Below are positions 13,789 to 25,440 of a stretch of DNA of 64,000 nucleotides, one piece after another. Source of the stretch: Bilabrum cf. latius (Eukaryota). Each line of letters starts with the position of its first letter. Positions within the stretch are counted from its first letter, which is position 1. The DNA lies in NCBI GenBank assembly GCA_965178125.1, contig OZ237754.1, forward strand, positions 434,001 to 498,000, read 5' to 3'. A model generated the notes under the pieces. It was given only the letters and a program-made list of their open reading frames with translations. It ran no database searches and was not told the DNA's origin. The position numbers and the translations under genes were made by a program.

Positions 13789-16191
13789 ATGCCTCGGCCA
13801 GGCAGTGGTACTAGAAGAGTGCCATGCAGCAGCACATCGAGTTTCTGGACTTGCGCATGCTGCTCGACTTCGGTGCTGTTCCGCCGGAAGCGACTGGGCG
13901 AGGTCCCACTAGATTCGAAGCTCCGGCAAACGTTAGGACTATGGGATTTAACTGCATTGGGTGTCGGTAGTACGCTCGGGGCAGGGGTCTACGTAGTTGT
14001 GGGAGCAGTAGCCCGGGAGAAGGCAGGTCCGGCGATCATTTTGTCATTCGTAGCTGCTGGGCTGGCATCAATTCTCGCCGGTTTAGGATATTCAGAGTTT
14101 GCTTCACGGGTACCACGGGCGGGCTCTAGCTTTATTTACGCCTTTTACTCAACGGGGGAGTTTGTGGCCTGGGTGACTGGCTGGTCCCTTGCTCTGGAGT
14201 ACATTATTGGGGCTGCAAGCGTTGCCCGCGCATGGAGCGGGTACACGAACGAGCTGACTGGCGGGTAGCTGGACCATGCCATCAATGGATGGGTGAACAA
14301 TCTTTAGGACGTGTGTCACGTAGATTTTGTTGCGTTTGCAGTCACGATTGGACTCAGCGCGCTGGTTGCATTCGGTGTGCAGGAGAGCACCACTTTGAAC
14401 AACTGGCTGACAGTCGTCAACCTGCTAGTTGTCGCCTTCGTCATTGTCGCTGGCCTGAGCCACGCATAGTTTGATAACTGGTCCCCCTTTGTTCCGCCTG
14501 AATTCGGATTCAACGGGGTGCTTAGTGGTGCTTCAACCGCATTTTACAGCTACATCGGATTCGACGTGATCGCCTCGAGTGCCGAGGAGGCCAAGCGTCC
14601 TGACGTGAACATCCCACTTGCCACACTTATCAGCCTCAGCGCGTGCTGCCTGGCGTACGTGGGAGTGGCGGCATCGGTCACTCTCATGGTTCCCTATGAT
14701 ACTATCGATGTGGATGCGCCGCTGTCCGCCGCATTCAACGCTAGGGGCATGCAGTGGGCCCAGTTCCTCATCGGGATCGGAGCAATCGCCGGTTTGTCCA
14801 CCTCCCTGGCGGCATCTTTGTTCCCCCTCCCCAGGATCATATATTCGATCGCACAGGAAGGCCTGCTGCCCCCTACACTGGCCACCATCAGTACCCGCAC
14901 GAACACGCCGCTGGTTGCAACGGCCGCGGCTGGCCTCTTCGTGGCCGTGCTTGCCCTCGTCCTCACGGTGGAAGTGCTGGCAGACCTCATGTCCGTTGGC
15001 ACTCTCCTCTCGTACACGGTGGTTTCCGCATGCGTGGTCGTGCTGCGCTACGAGAAGCCTAGAGAAGCGGAGGTGGCTCAGATGCAGGCCCTTAGGCTGA
15101 AGAGGGCAAAGGAAGATGCGGCGGAGGCCGCCGGTAAGACAAGCAAGACCGGGGGAAATGGCGGCAGGGCAGGGGAGGACAGCGACGAGACTGACTCGAG
15201 CGGCCGTCATTCCAAAGGCGGTGCGGCCGCGTTTGCAGGACGTGTGCCAAGGAATTCTTCGTACGGCAGCGTGGACTCCGCAGAGCGGCTGCTGGAGGGT
15301 CACGGTGCGGCCGACCCGAATACTGGATCCGGTGGATACCGCGCCAAGGACGGAGAGCATCCCACAAGAGAGCACTTTAAGCTGGCGGTTATTTTAGTCC
15401 TCGTGTTCGCCGGCCTCGTTTTGCTAGCAGGAGGCATCATGGCCACGGAGCTGGCAAGCACGACTGGGGGGCTGGCAGTCGCCGGGATCCTGGGCGGCTT
15501 AGCTGCGTGCATCATGCTGTACATGCACACGTTCATGCCGCAGGCAGACGTGAGCTACCTCAGTTTCATGACTCCATTCGCTCCGATACTGCCCATGTCC
15601 AGCATGGCCATCAACCTGTTCCTCATGTGCCAGCTTAGCAAGTTCACGTGGATGCAGCTGGCCGTGTGGAGCCTGCTGGGCGCCGTGCTGTACTTTCTCT
15701 ACGGCGTGGATGCGTCCGTGCTCGCAAAGTCGAGCACGAGCGGCTCGTTTCCAGGCGACAAAGACGATTTGGGGTATGAATATGGGGAGGGCGACGGGGG
15801 ATTGATAGGTCCCGAACACTCGATTCAGCGCGGAGTGTCGATGCCTGGCTGGGATGGCGAGCGGGACGGTGCTGGTGGCCGTGCTCCCAGTGGAGCAGGC
15901 GGGGGAGTGGCTGGTGCACCAGGTGCCGATGCGCTTCGTGCCCCAGCTACGGCCGACAGGACGGCCCCCATTTCGATTGGGTCGTTGCAGCGGCAGGGGG
16001 AGTGGCAGGGACAGGTGCAGCCGGGTGGATCCGATGGTGACACACGCGGTGGTAGGCAGCCCAGAGGCGGGCACGGACGCGGAGCGAGCAGCATGGAGAT
16101 GAGCTTGCACAGCGAGCATTCCAACCTAGTGGCAAGTATTGAGGACAGGGCGGGCACATCGCAGGGGAGTCCTCTGCTGGGCCCGTCGTGA
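13789..16191 (+). CDS. Cationic amino-acid transporter (APC superfamily, CAT/SLC7A1-4-like), 800 aa; TAG at 14266, 14305 and 14467
   Basis: Motifs LRQTLGLWDLTALGVGSTLGAGVYV, AGPAIILSF, YSEFASRVPRAGS, FYSYIGFDVIASSAEEAKRP and LADLMSVGTLLSY, plus C-terminal FMTPFAPILP. Transmembrane segments in 14269-14517 link the two ORF-track pieces across three TAGs; TGA stop. Confidence 0.95.
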
Positions 16192-16444
16192 CCCCTGACC
16201 ACGGGCTCTCTGGGCCTTGGGGGGTGAGGTTCGATGGGCTAGGTGTGTGTGTGCGAGCGGAAGACAGTGGGCACTAAGAGTTGAACAGACTAAATACTGA
16301 GAATAATCAGATCAACACTATTTGGATCAACAAATAATCATTACCAGTATCGGCCAGCGTCAGCCGCCATGGTGGGTTCCGCCTGCTGGAGCGCACTACA
16401 ATGCAATGCATTTGCAGATCTAGTCGCAATTCTTGCAACTGCAA

Positions 16445-19129
16445 TCAGTGCGTTCCTTCCTGCTGGCCAGCTCCGAATGCGGTGGCCCTCATCTGCCGGA
16501 GAGGGTTGACCCACGTCTCCGAGGCGGTCGCTGCCTCAAACCCGGAAGCAGCTGCCCCAAACCCCCCCACAGCAGCGCCCAGCGCTGAGCTCGACTGCAT
16601 CCTTGTGCCCCGCGCCTGCACCACGCCGCCAGGCCTCACAAGCCCCCCACGACCTTCCACGATGGACGGCATCGCCATCATCGCGGAGCCGCCATCGAGG
16701 GCAGGGAGGCTGTCGCTCGACCCGAGCACGCCGCGGGAGGGGGTCAGGCCAGCCAGCGGGCTCCTGGTGCTACGCCAGCCGTCCGTACCGCCCGTGCCTG
16801 CGACCACCCCTTGCCGCCGCAAGGCAGCTCGCACCTCGGACCCGTTCGATTGGTTGTCCAAGTCGCAAGCAGCACGGATGGCGGGCGTCTCTCCGCCACC
16901 GAGGCTTCCAAGAGACGGCACTAGCGGCAGTGGCAGCTCCTGCAACTGCACGGTCGCTGCACAAGAGCCCCCGCTGCCTGCTTTGACACTTGCTTGGTGT
17001 CCCATAGCGGGGGCGTGGGGAGCACTAGTGCTTCCGGCATGGAGGAGATTCTCTCGATCGCGAGTGAGCCGGCCGGGATCGCCCGCAGCGCGAGAACTGC
17101 CCCCGCTGCCCCCGCTGTTGAGCAGCACCACCCCGGGTGGGGGCATGCGGAGAAGATCCCCCGCGCTGTCCACGGCGGCCCTGTCTCGGGGCCCCACCCC
17201 GAGCCTCCGGTCTCCGAACACGTCCCGCTGCACTCCCAGACGGCGCACCTCCACCGCGTCGCTCGACAGGCGGGAGCGCTCTGCGGCGGTCCTCAGCGGC
17301 GGGACGCAATCCTTGCTGTCACCGTACACGAGCTGTCGCAACGAACCGAAGCTGCCCTCGCTGGGCCGCACCCCGCTGCTCGAGTCCTTGGGGACGTCTG
17401 GCTTGGCACCCATCTCGATGTCGACGTAGTCCTCCCGCTCGGCGTCCCAGCCGCCGTTCGCTGCTGCGGGCTGGCCGTGCCTGGAGGAGTAGCAGCACCC
17501 GCACAGAGCGCCTGCGATGCAGCGGTTGGCGCGGCGGACGCACCGCCCCTGCCTTGACATGCCCCTCTTCGCGCACGCGCCGATGAGCAGCGCCACGGCG
17601 GTGATCAGGATGGTGCAGGAAGCCCCCGCAGCGATCACGTCCGCCTCGGCCAAGGATGTGCCGGCGAATACAAAGTACGATACCGCGGCCGCCACTGGCA
17701 CTGTGAACAGACAGGTCCAGCGGGCAGTCTTGCCGAACGACTCCCAAAACCACCCGCATTCCTCACCGCTGCAGACGTGGCTGTCACCCAGCTCGAGAAA
17801 GAAATCAGAGTCCTCGTCCTCGTCGTCCTCGTCGCTCCTGTAGTCGTCTTCGAAGGCCTCCGGGGGCGGGAACACGCGAGTGTCGGGCTTCTTGTGGTAC
17901 TCGTGGAGAATCTAGACCATGTCACTGGTTTTCACCGTCTCCCACCCGCCCTTGCACATGCTGCACGGCAGCAGCACCCGCTTTCCGGCGTCGATCAGGT
18001 CGCACTTCCACAGCTTGCCGCGGCACCTCTGCACCTGGTACTGGAGCTCGCAACCGGTGTGCCTGGGGGCGCCGCAGCAAGTGGCAGCGTGCACGATGCC
18101 GTGCTCCATGCAGTAGCTGCACTGGGCGTACCTACACCCCGTCAGTGGAACATCCTCCTGCACCGCGCGGAGCAGTCGAACCGAGCGCCACGCAGGGTGC
18201 GAAGCAGGTGCTCCAGATGGTGCTCGCCCTAATACTGACACCCTTCCGTTCTTTGTTCGTCCCGAAAGATCGCTTGAGCTGCAATTTTCGATACCGCACC
18301 CTGCCATGCCCGAAGGTGCGGCTGCGACCGCGCCGAGATGCGGCTGGCTGTTCCGGTACTTGCTGAGGTCGCCGGAACTGCGGCCGAAAGGCGGCGCGAA
18401 CGCCGCATGGGGGCTAGCAGTGGCGCGATCAAAGTCAGGTTCGTAGATCTGGCCCCTGTCGCGGCCCGCCGCCTCGATTCCCGGCGAGCCGAGCTGCCAT
18501 CCTACGTCATTGTGTTCTTGGTGATTCTATCCCTCCTGGACACCGCAATCATGCAAGCTTGGAGCTCTGTTCCCTTCCCAAGGATGGTTTATAGTACTCA
18601 TGATTGGGGGGAGCGCCGGCTGCATCCCATCTTTGATCGTGTCTGGATCGAGGGACTAAAAGTCCGGCGATGACGCGCCGAGCCCGATTGAGACATGCGA
18701 CCCGCAGCTCGGGTCCAATCCGGCTAAATGCCAATCTTGACCCCGCCCAAACCTTCCATACTTACAAGATTCTAAACTTCCTGGGTCATTACTGTCAGTT
18801 TGTGCATCAACGGCGGAAGCAAGGCGCTACTTCACCTCGTTCAAGTCACCACCCCCCCAAGCAACATGCGGAACCCAGGCAGACGATGACCTCTTCCTTT
18901 CTGTGGCCGGTCCATCGCCTGAGAAGATAGCTTGCTTCTAGTAATATTCATCAGCCGGTGGTGCGCGACCAGGACTGGGCGACAGGTCTGCAAGACTGCT
19001 GCAAGATAAAACAGCGGGAAGACCACCGCCAGCCGGCCGTTCAACTCGATGTACGTTCTAGTTATGTTTGCTTGGCTATACTGCGTCTGAACGACTTCGA
19101 TTTCTTGCATCTGCGGGCAGGTCAGCCAT
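16445..19129 (-). CDS. RING-CH/RINGv (C4HC3)-like zinc-finger protein with two transmembrane helices (MARCH-like E3 ligase candidate), 894 aa; 7 TAGs
   Basis: Frame open from ATG 19129 (in-frame TAA at 19133 just upstream) to TGA 16445 except for TAG at 19076, 19058, 18938, 18827, 18656, 18527 and 17912. Contains CSYC..CC..HTGC..CSMC, followed by an acidic tract and two hydrophobic helices. Confidence 0.72.
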
Positions 19130-19275
19130 CGTTTACAGCAATAACAACTCAGTCCAGCTGAGCGAAGAAGCATCTTCCGTCGGCACCACACATTCGTGCC
19201 ATGCACCTTACTGGGGTTGCGTGTACTTTTGGATTGGGAACCATCAATCAAACGTCATTGAGACTGCGCAGGGAC

Positions 19276-22200
19276 ATGCAAGCCGCATTGCTGCGCACGA
19301 GACATGTCATATCATTCTATAGGATATCAGACTCGCTGTAGTTGCAGTTTGTGCTTCGAAGGTATCGTAGAATGTGTACTGTATCTCGGGTGCAGAATGG
19401 TCTGCCCCACGTCATTGCCAGTTCGAGCTTACACAGACGTTTTTGCTCAGTACAATCCCAATCTCGAAATACTTCACTAGGTTTTGTCCATGAATTTGCC
19501 AGGGCTTGTCGTGATGCTGCGAGTGGGCTAGCACACGCAAGGTCGAGGGCTGGACGAGCAGCAGAGAGGCACGAGGGCGCTTCAGCCAGCGCCTCGGACG
19601 CCTCATTGCGATACCCACATGAAGTTTCTCCACAATCAGTTAGCCAAACCGAGCTGAAGGCGGTCGTTGAGACAGGGCGACAGCTAGAAGCGGTAGCCGT
19701 GGAGCAACTGCTGTCAAGTCAGCTGCACAGCCCAGCTGAAGAGTTTCGTAGCGCAGTATCGGCGCTATCCCCGCGTAACGGGCTGCGGACGGCTTCTGCA
19801 GACACGTTAGACAGTAAGACAAAGCGATAGCGACGTCTCGCGGCGGTGGGTGCCACACTTGGGCGGGCTGATGTGCTGTCAGTTGCCTTGCTGAAGCGGC
19901 TTGAGGATGCGGGAGTCGCGCGACTTGACCTTCGCGCCCCCGGCGATTTTTTGTCCGCAAATTCATCTGAATCTTTCTTGCGAAACGATAGGGACGCCCT
20001 CAAGGCGGGCAGCGATGGCTTGCAAAAGGTGCAGTCTGCGGAGGCCCCGCATGCTGATGCTGGCAAACCAGCGGCTGGAACAGGGCAGGACTAGTATGCT
20101 CAGCGACAGCTCCTTGATGACGTTGATTTGATGGAGAGAGTTGTCTCTAGCGCCCCCATCATGCGGCTGTCGCTGGCTCCAAAACTGCAGGAGCCCTCTC
20201 CTGGTACGAATGCGCAGGGCAGCCTCGGATCGAGCAGCAGGGAGCAGCAACCGCTTGACACGAGAGCAGCATCAGAGCCACAGGGCGTACAGAAAAATAA
20301 GCACCTCGATCCATCCAGCAGCGAGCCAAAGCTGAGAAGGACAGAGCCGCCGAAAGGAGAAAACCCGCGATGCCACTAGATGCAGTAGCGGCAACAGCAG
20401 CGGGTGGACTCCCTTGCAGGGGCATTAGCGCAGCTCACCGCCAGCGACGTTCACAATCATATCGTTACATACCTGCTGGAGAACGAAGCCCAGCACACCA
20501 GTATCAAAACTGTTGGAGAGAGATGGCCTAAAGCATTCAAGGAAAGGTTCGGTAAACTGTTGCATTTCCTTCAAGGCCACCCAGACGTCGTGTTGTTTGG
20601 CATTGCCAACGGTCGATAGATACACCAACAAGTGTTGCACCGTGAGAGGGTCTCAGCGAGGGACTGGTAGTTGCTTGCAGACGGCCAACCCATTCCTTTT
20701 GGGCAACAACACGGCAAATCTGTCCATCCTAGCATGACTGAAGCTGGACGGGAAAATGGCGTCACGCTGCCCAGGGACCCCAGCCCGGCACACGCGCAGC
20801 CCCTTGTTGGCAAACCATTCGCAGGCTAGGAGATGGACCCTGACGACCTCCTGCACGAAGTGGCCGTGCTGCTCGACGCTGCTGCCCGTATGCTCGCCAT
20901 GAGAGAAGTCAGCGGGAGGCAGCAAGCTGAAGCAGTCCTGCAGATGGTGTCCTCAGTGCACAGGATGGCTGCCTCGCTGAATTGCGTGGCGGGCGCCCTA
21001 GCCAGCTGGATGCTACCTGCTGGCCCGAAGTATGTCGCCGACCGGAAGCAGCACGAGGCTGTGCTCCGCCGTTCCAGCGCCATCGCTTCCTTGGCCATCC
21101 GGGGGTGCGCCCATGTGACGCTTGGGCTGCAGGACGCACTCCTGTCAAGTTGCGATGAGATCGGCATCGGCATTGATGCTGGCAGCGAGGCGTCGTGGCG
21201 ATTCGTGGATTGTGCTGCACTGCTCGAAGAAAGCATGCAATTCCTACCTGATGCTGCCAACACCAGTGCCTCGGACAAGGACGTATTGGATGCGCTGTCT
21301 CGGGCCAAGCATGCCGTGGCAAGTGCGAGCCTGGCGCTGACTGCCTCGTGCCCGGACTCGAGCTGGGAGTGCATGGCTCGGTCATAGCAGGCAGCTGCTG
21401 TCGCCAACGCTTTAAGTGCATGTGCTGCTGCTGGCGTGCTACCTGAAGGATCGCTTGCTGAGCTGCAGCAGGCAAATGTCGACTGGGGCGTGATTCATCC
21501 AGGAGCAGCTGTCAGCGACCACCCACTCGAGCAGGACGCGGGGTATACTAGCGATGGCGTCGCTCCGGTGAGCATGTTGACGCGGCTCATACTGCGCCCT
21601 CTTTCAATTGAAGCAACAGGAGATTCACGACCAGACGACGGTGGGTACGTATACGATCTGGATTGCGTGAGTACTCTGCTGGGTGCATCCGGTGCGTCAT
21701 CAGCATTCTAGCCTGCCTCTCGTCGTGCCCTGGAGCCCAGTTCCTCGGTGGCAAGTAAGAGGAGACGCAAAGCCAAACGACTCAATCCCTAGAAGGCTGG
21801 GCGAAAGTTGGCAAAGGAACGAGAAGATAAGGCAATTTTTCGCAAAGTGATCATGGAGCGCGACTTGCCTGCATGCGACGAGTCCACATTGGCTGCTGTC
21901 CGCCGAGTCTTGAAGCCATCTTCTCTGAATCGAATGCACAGGCTGTTGGAGGAGGCCTGCGGGCTCGGTGCAACCTGGTCCAGCCTTGACCGAGTGGCGC
22001 CCAATCGAGGGGGTGGAGAGTAGGCCCGTCAAGGCGTATTCTCGTGTGCTGCGGAGGAGAAGCTTGCCCAGGCGGAGCTAGAGGGCGGACTGGAGCAACT
22101 GATCAGATTTCCGAGCATCGATCAGCTCCTGACGTCGATCCGATGGGGTGCGCGCTCTTTGCGAGGACCGCATCCGTTCGCACCCGCCGTATCTACTGCA

Positions 22201-23160
22201 GCCCCATCAATTATGACTGGGTCATCAAGAGGCCCGTCACTAGCACCGAGGCCTCTGGACGGTGGCATGCGGAATCTGGAGCTCCTGTGCGGGCTCCTCG
22301 CGGTGGACCGCGAAGCATACCAGGGTCATTTCAGCGATCCGAGCTCCAGGGCTGAGCTGGAGGGTGACCCTGTGGGTAAGGCTCTCTGTGCCCTGCACGA
22401 CTGTGGGCTGTTCGACAGCTAGGGTCCGTTCAAGGACCCGTTGCATGCCCGGCGGCTGCACAGCACGGTGGCTGCCGCATAGTTTGCGGAGCGTTATGGG
22501 CCTAGCTGGGGCGTGGAGATCGGTGGGCGGGCATCGTTTGGTGACCGGACAGTCGGCGTTGCCGGTGCACTCGCGGACTCTCTCGCGAAGCATGCCGCCG
22601 CTGCCACGCCTGCTTCGCTGGTAGCATCTAGCTTGGTGGAGGGGCAGATGTCCGTCGAGAGCTACGGTTGGTGTGACGTCAGCAAGTACCCCAAGGGCGG
22701 GTTGTCCACTGCAGATTTGCTAGCCAGCGTGTCAGTGTCCGGGGGTGATACCTTTTTGTTGCACGATTGCAAGGATGAGGATGACCAGCATCGGCTGCTT
22801 GTGCCTGTGCGTGTCCTGCTGCAGGGCCGCGATTTCATCGTTTCTGGGCCTAGCAGGACGAGTTAGAGGCAGGGAAGTTCAGGTCTGCGAGCTGCTGTTC
22901 AGTATTCGTCCGTGGAATCGTCTCCCATGCAGGTGCGCTTCACGGCGGCTGAAACGTTGCGTCAGTCCATAGAGGCCAGGCTATCGGGGATTCCAGCAGC
23001 TGCGCTGCTGTGCAGATCGGTTGCGGCAGCAAATCGACTGGATGGGACCCTGTGGATGGGGTCAGAAGAGGAGGTGCAGCGTGTCGCGGACTTGTAGCCG
23101 GACCTGGAGCAGTCGCTTCAGGAGGAGCCATGGCACCGAGCCTTCAGGTCGCGGTAGTGA
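19276..23160 (+). CDS. Hypothetical ~1294-aa protein, probably mitochondrial; possible LOTUS/winged-helix-like segment and degenerate C-terminal RAP-like region; 17 TAGs
   Basis: Ten ORF-track fragments (19342, 19846, 20128, 20404, 20833, 21436, 21808, 22159, 22513, 22912) share one frame, separated only by TAG, and end TAG-TGA-TAA at 23155-23163. The N-terminus is Arg-rich and acid-poor (MQAALLRTRHVISFYRIS...LRRYRR). The start could be 19201 or 19372, and the domain calls are weak. Confidence 0.8.
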
Positions 23161-23394
23161 TAATTCCTTGGTGCAGGCAGCGCGATCCTCAGCAAATATC
23201 TGAACATACAAATATGCGGCTATTTGTAACTATGAATCCGGGTAAAGCATGCAGAATGGCACGAAACAACGGGATTCGGAGTAGCCCTACACAAATCCTT
23301 CGGGAAGCCTCGGCACTGCATGATTCGTCGGTTCGTCTACAGTCGGCCCATACGACTGCGCGTATTTACACCGTTTGATTCGTTTAGCAGAAGC

Positions 23395-24588
23395 ATGGCA
23401 GCTGTCGCTCAAGCAGGACAAGATTAGCAGTACGTTGACATCGGGGCAAACCTTTGCGATCCATAGTTTCAGGGTAATTACCGTGGTAAGCAGAAACACG
23501 ACGCTGATTTGGATGTAGTTCTAGATAGATCGTGGAGACAAGGACTGTAGGCTGTCATGATTACTGCTGGAAACTATGAAGAAGGCGTGGGGGCGGCCGA
23601 GCTAGCGAAGACAGACCACAGGCTGTACAGCACGATCGGCGTGCATCCGACCCGAGCTCTTGAGGTTCTCCGCACACCAGAAGCAGTAAAGGGCTCCTCG
23701 AGGAGCGCCGCCGAGCCAGCGGCCGGCTCAGACCTTAGCGTAGAGGACGCAGCAGATGCCTACTGGACACGAATGCGTACTTTTCTCGTCGAGAATGCTG
23801 TTGACCGCGAATCTCCAGCTACCCCCAGCGGTAAATCGGTATCTGAAATGGGGAGACCCACTGTCGTGGCAGTCGGAGAGGCGGGTCTTGATTATGCTCG
23901 ACTGGAGTTCAGCGATAAGAGCTCACAAATGAAGGTGTTCTTGGCGCAGATTGACATTGCGTGCGAGGCCAAGCTCCCCATGTTTCTTCACAACCGGGAA
24001 ACCGGGGGAGACTTCCTGTCAGTCATGAAAGAACACGCCCCTCGGATCGTCACAGAGGCCGGCGGTGCGGTCGTCCACTCGTTCGACGGCACGGCAGAGG
24101 AAGCAGCGGAGCTCATCGGGCTGGGGCTATACATCGGGATCAACGGGTGCTCGTTGAAGACGGAGGACAACGTGAGGGTGGCTGCGGGGATTCCTCTGGA
24201 CAGGCTGATGCTAGAGACGGACTGTCCGTGGTGCGGCGTCAGGCGAACGCACGCGGGGCACAAGCACGTCAAGACGCAGTTCGATGTTGTGAAGAAGCCC
24301 GATCGGTTGAAAAAGGGAGATAACAAGGGGGTCAAGGACAGGTGCGAGCCCGCCCACATTGTCCAGGTGGCTGAGATTGTGGCCGGTGCGCGCGGGTGCC
24401 CCGTACAGGACGTGGCAGAGGCGGCGAGGCTCAATGCCATCAAGGTCTTCCTGCCGTGGCTTGCAGACGAAGTGCCGAAGACAGGGACTGGCAGGGATGC
24501 AGCGGACGAATCCAGAGCAGAAGGTTCACGTGAAACATCAGAGGAGAAGGGGCCTGCTGGCTTGGCCGAGTCTGCTACCTTGAGTTGA
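23395..24588 (+). CDS. TATDN1: TatD-family DNase (TATDN1-like), 397 aa; TAG at 23425, 23464 and 23548
   Basis: N-terminal YVDIGANLCDP*FQGNYRGKQKHDADLDVVL is recovered only through TAGs; other motifs are STIGVHPT, AVGEAGLDYARL, LPMFLHNR, VVHSFDG, GINGCSLKT and MLETDCPWC; TGA stop. Confidence 0.96.
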
Positions 24589-25440
24589 CTGGCTCCGCGC
24601 TGGGGGCCAGCGGCCGGCGCGCTTTTCGTGCAGTTGTTACATGTGGCTGAAATGCACAGCGAGTATTCCCACAACTACAAAACAGAAAGCAATAGCAAAT
24701 TGATACCGAGACAAGTCACGCAAGCAGACCCGTGCGCTCGAGTCGCAGCACAACCTGAATCGGAGCTGCCAGAGGCCGGGAGATTCGCGCTGGCACAGCC
24801 AAGCGGTTCAACTCTCCCGACCAGCAGCTCCGTCACATGCACGATCGTGCAACAGCAACAAGCGCCCTGCAGCTGGCCACCCAAAAGCGGGCGGCCCTGA
24901 TGGCACGAAAGCCAGTCTAAATTGCCACAGGGGGTCCCTCCTTGGTTGGGCACGTGTCCATGCAGTGCTTCGTCCTCGCGGTTGACCGCAACTCCCTACG
25001 GAAGCTAGCTCCTATGTGCAACCAGGACAGCAGCAGCAGCATGGACACAGCCCACCAAAAATGCCTATCTCGATCTCTTCTCCGTAGTTCAAACCACGCG
25101 GCACGCACACAAGTCCAGTAGCTGCACACGGCAGCAGCGGGAAGCACGCGTTTTCGCCGCAGAATCAATTAATCAATCAAGTAAGGGCAAGAAGGGCCGA
25201 CACGAGCACCACTACTACCACCGCTCAGGCCGATCAGAGTTCCTGGGGCATGACGTCTTGAGGCAGCGTCAGCGTGGTGACGGGGCCACGAAATTGAGGT
25301 CTGGGCGAAGCCCTCCCTAAGCCCTCCCCTCAGACTAAACACATTGTCATGAGCACAGCAGCAGGACGAGGCGATGATGCCGAAGCCACCTCACTGCTGT
25401 GCACGTATGCCTGTAGCACACACGAAGAAACGCACGCGTC

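Noticed and set aside
24589-25440. Short ORFs between TatD and the Zn2Cys6 gene (24628..24900, 24675..24953, 24917..25168)
   Set aside because: No motifs or coding-like bias even with TAG=Gln; most likely convergent 3' UTRs.
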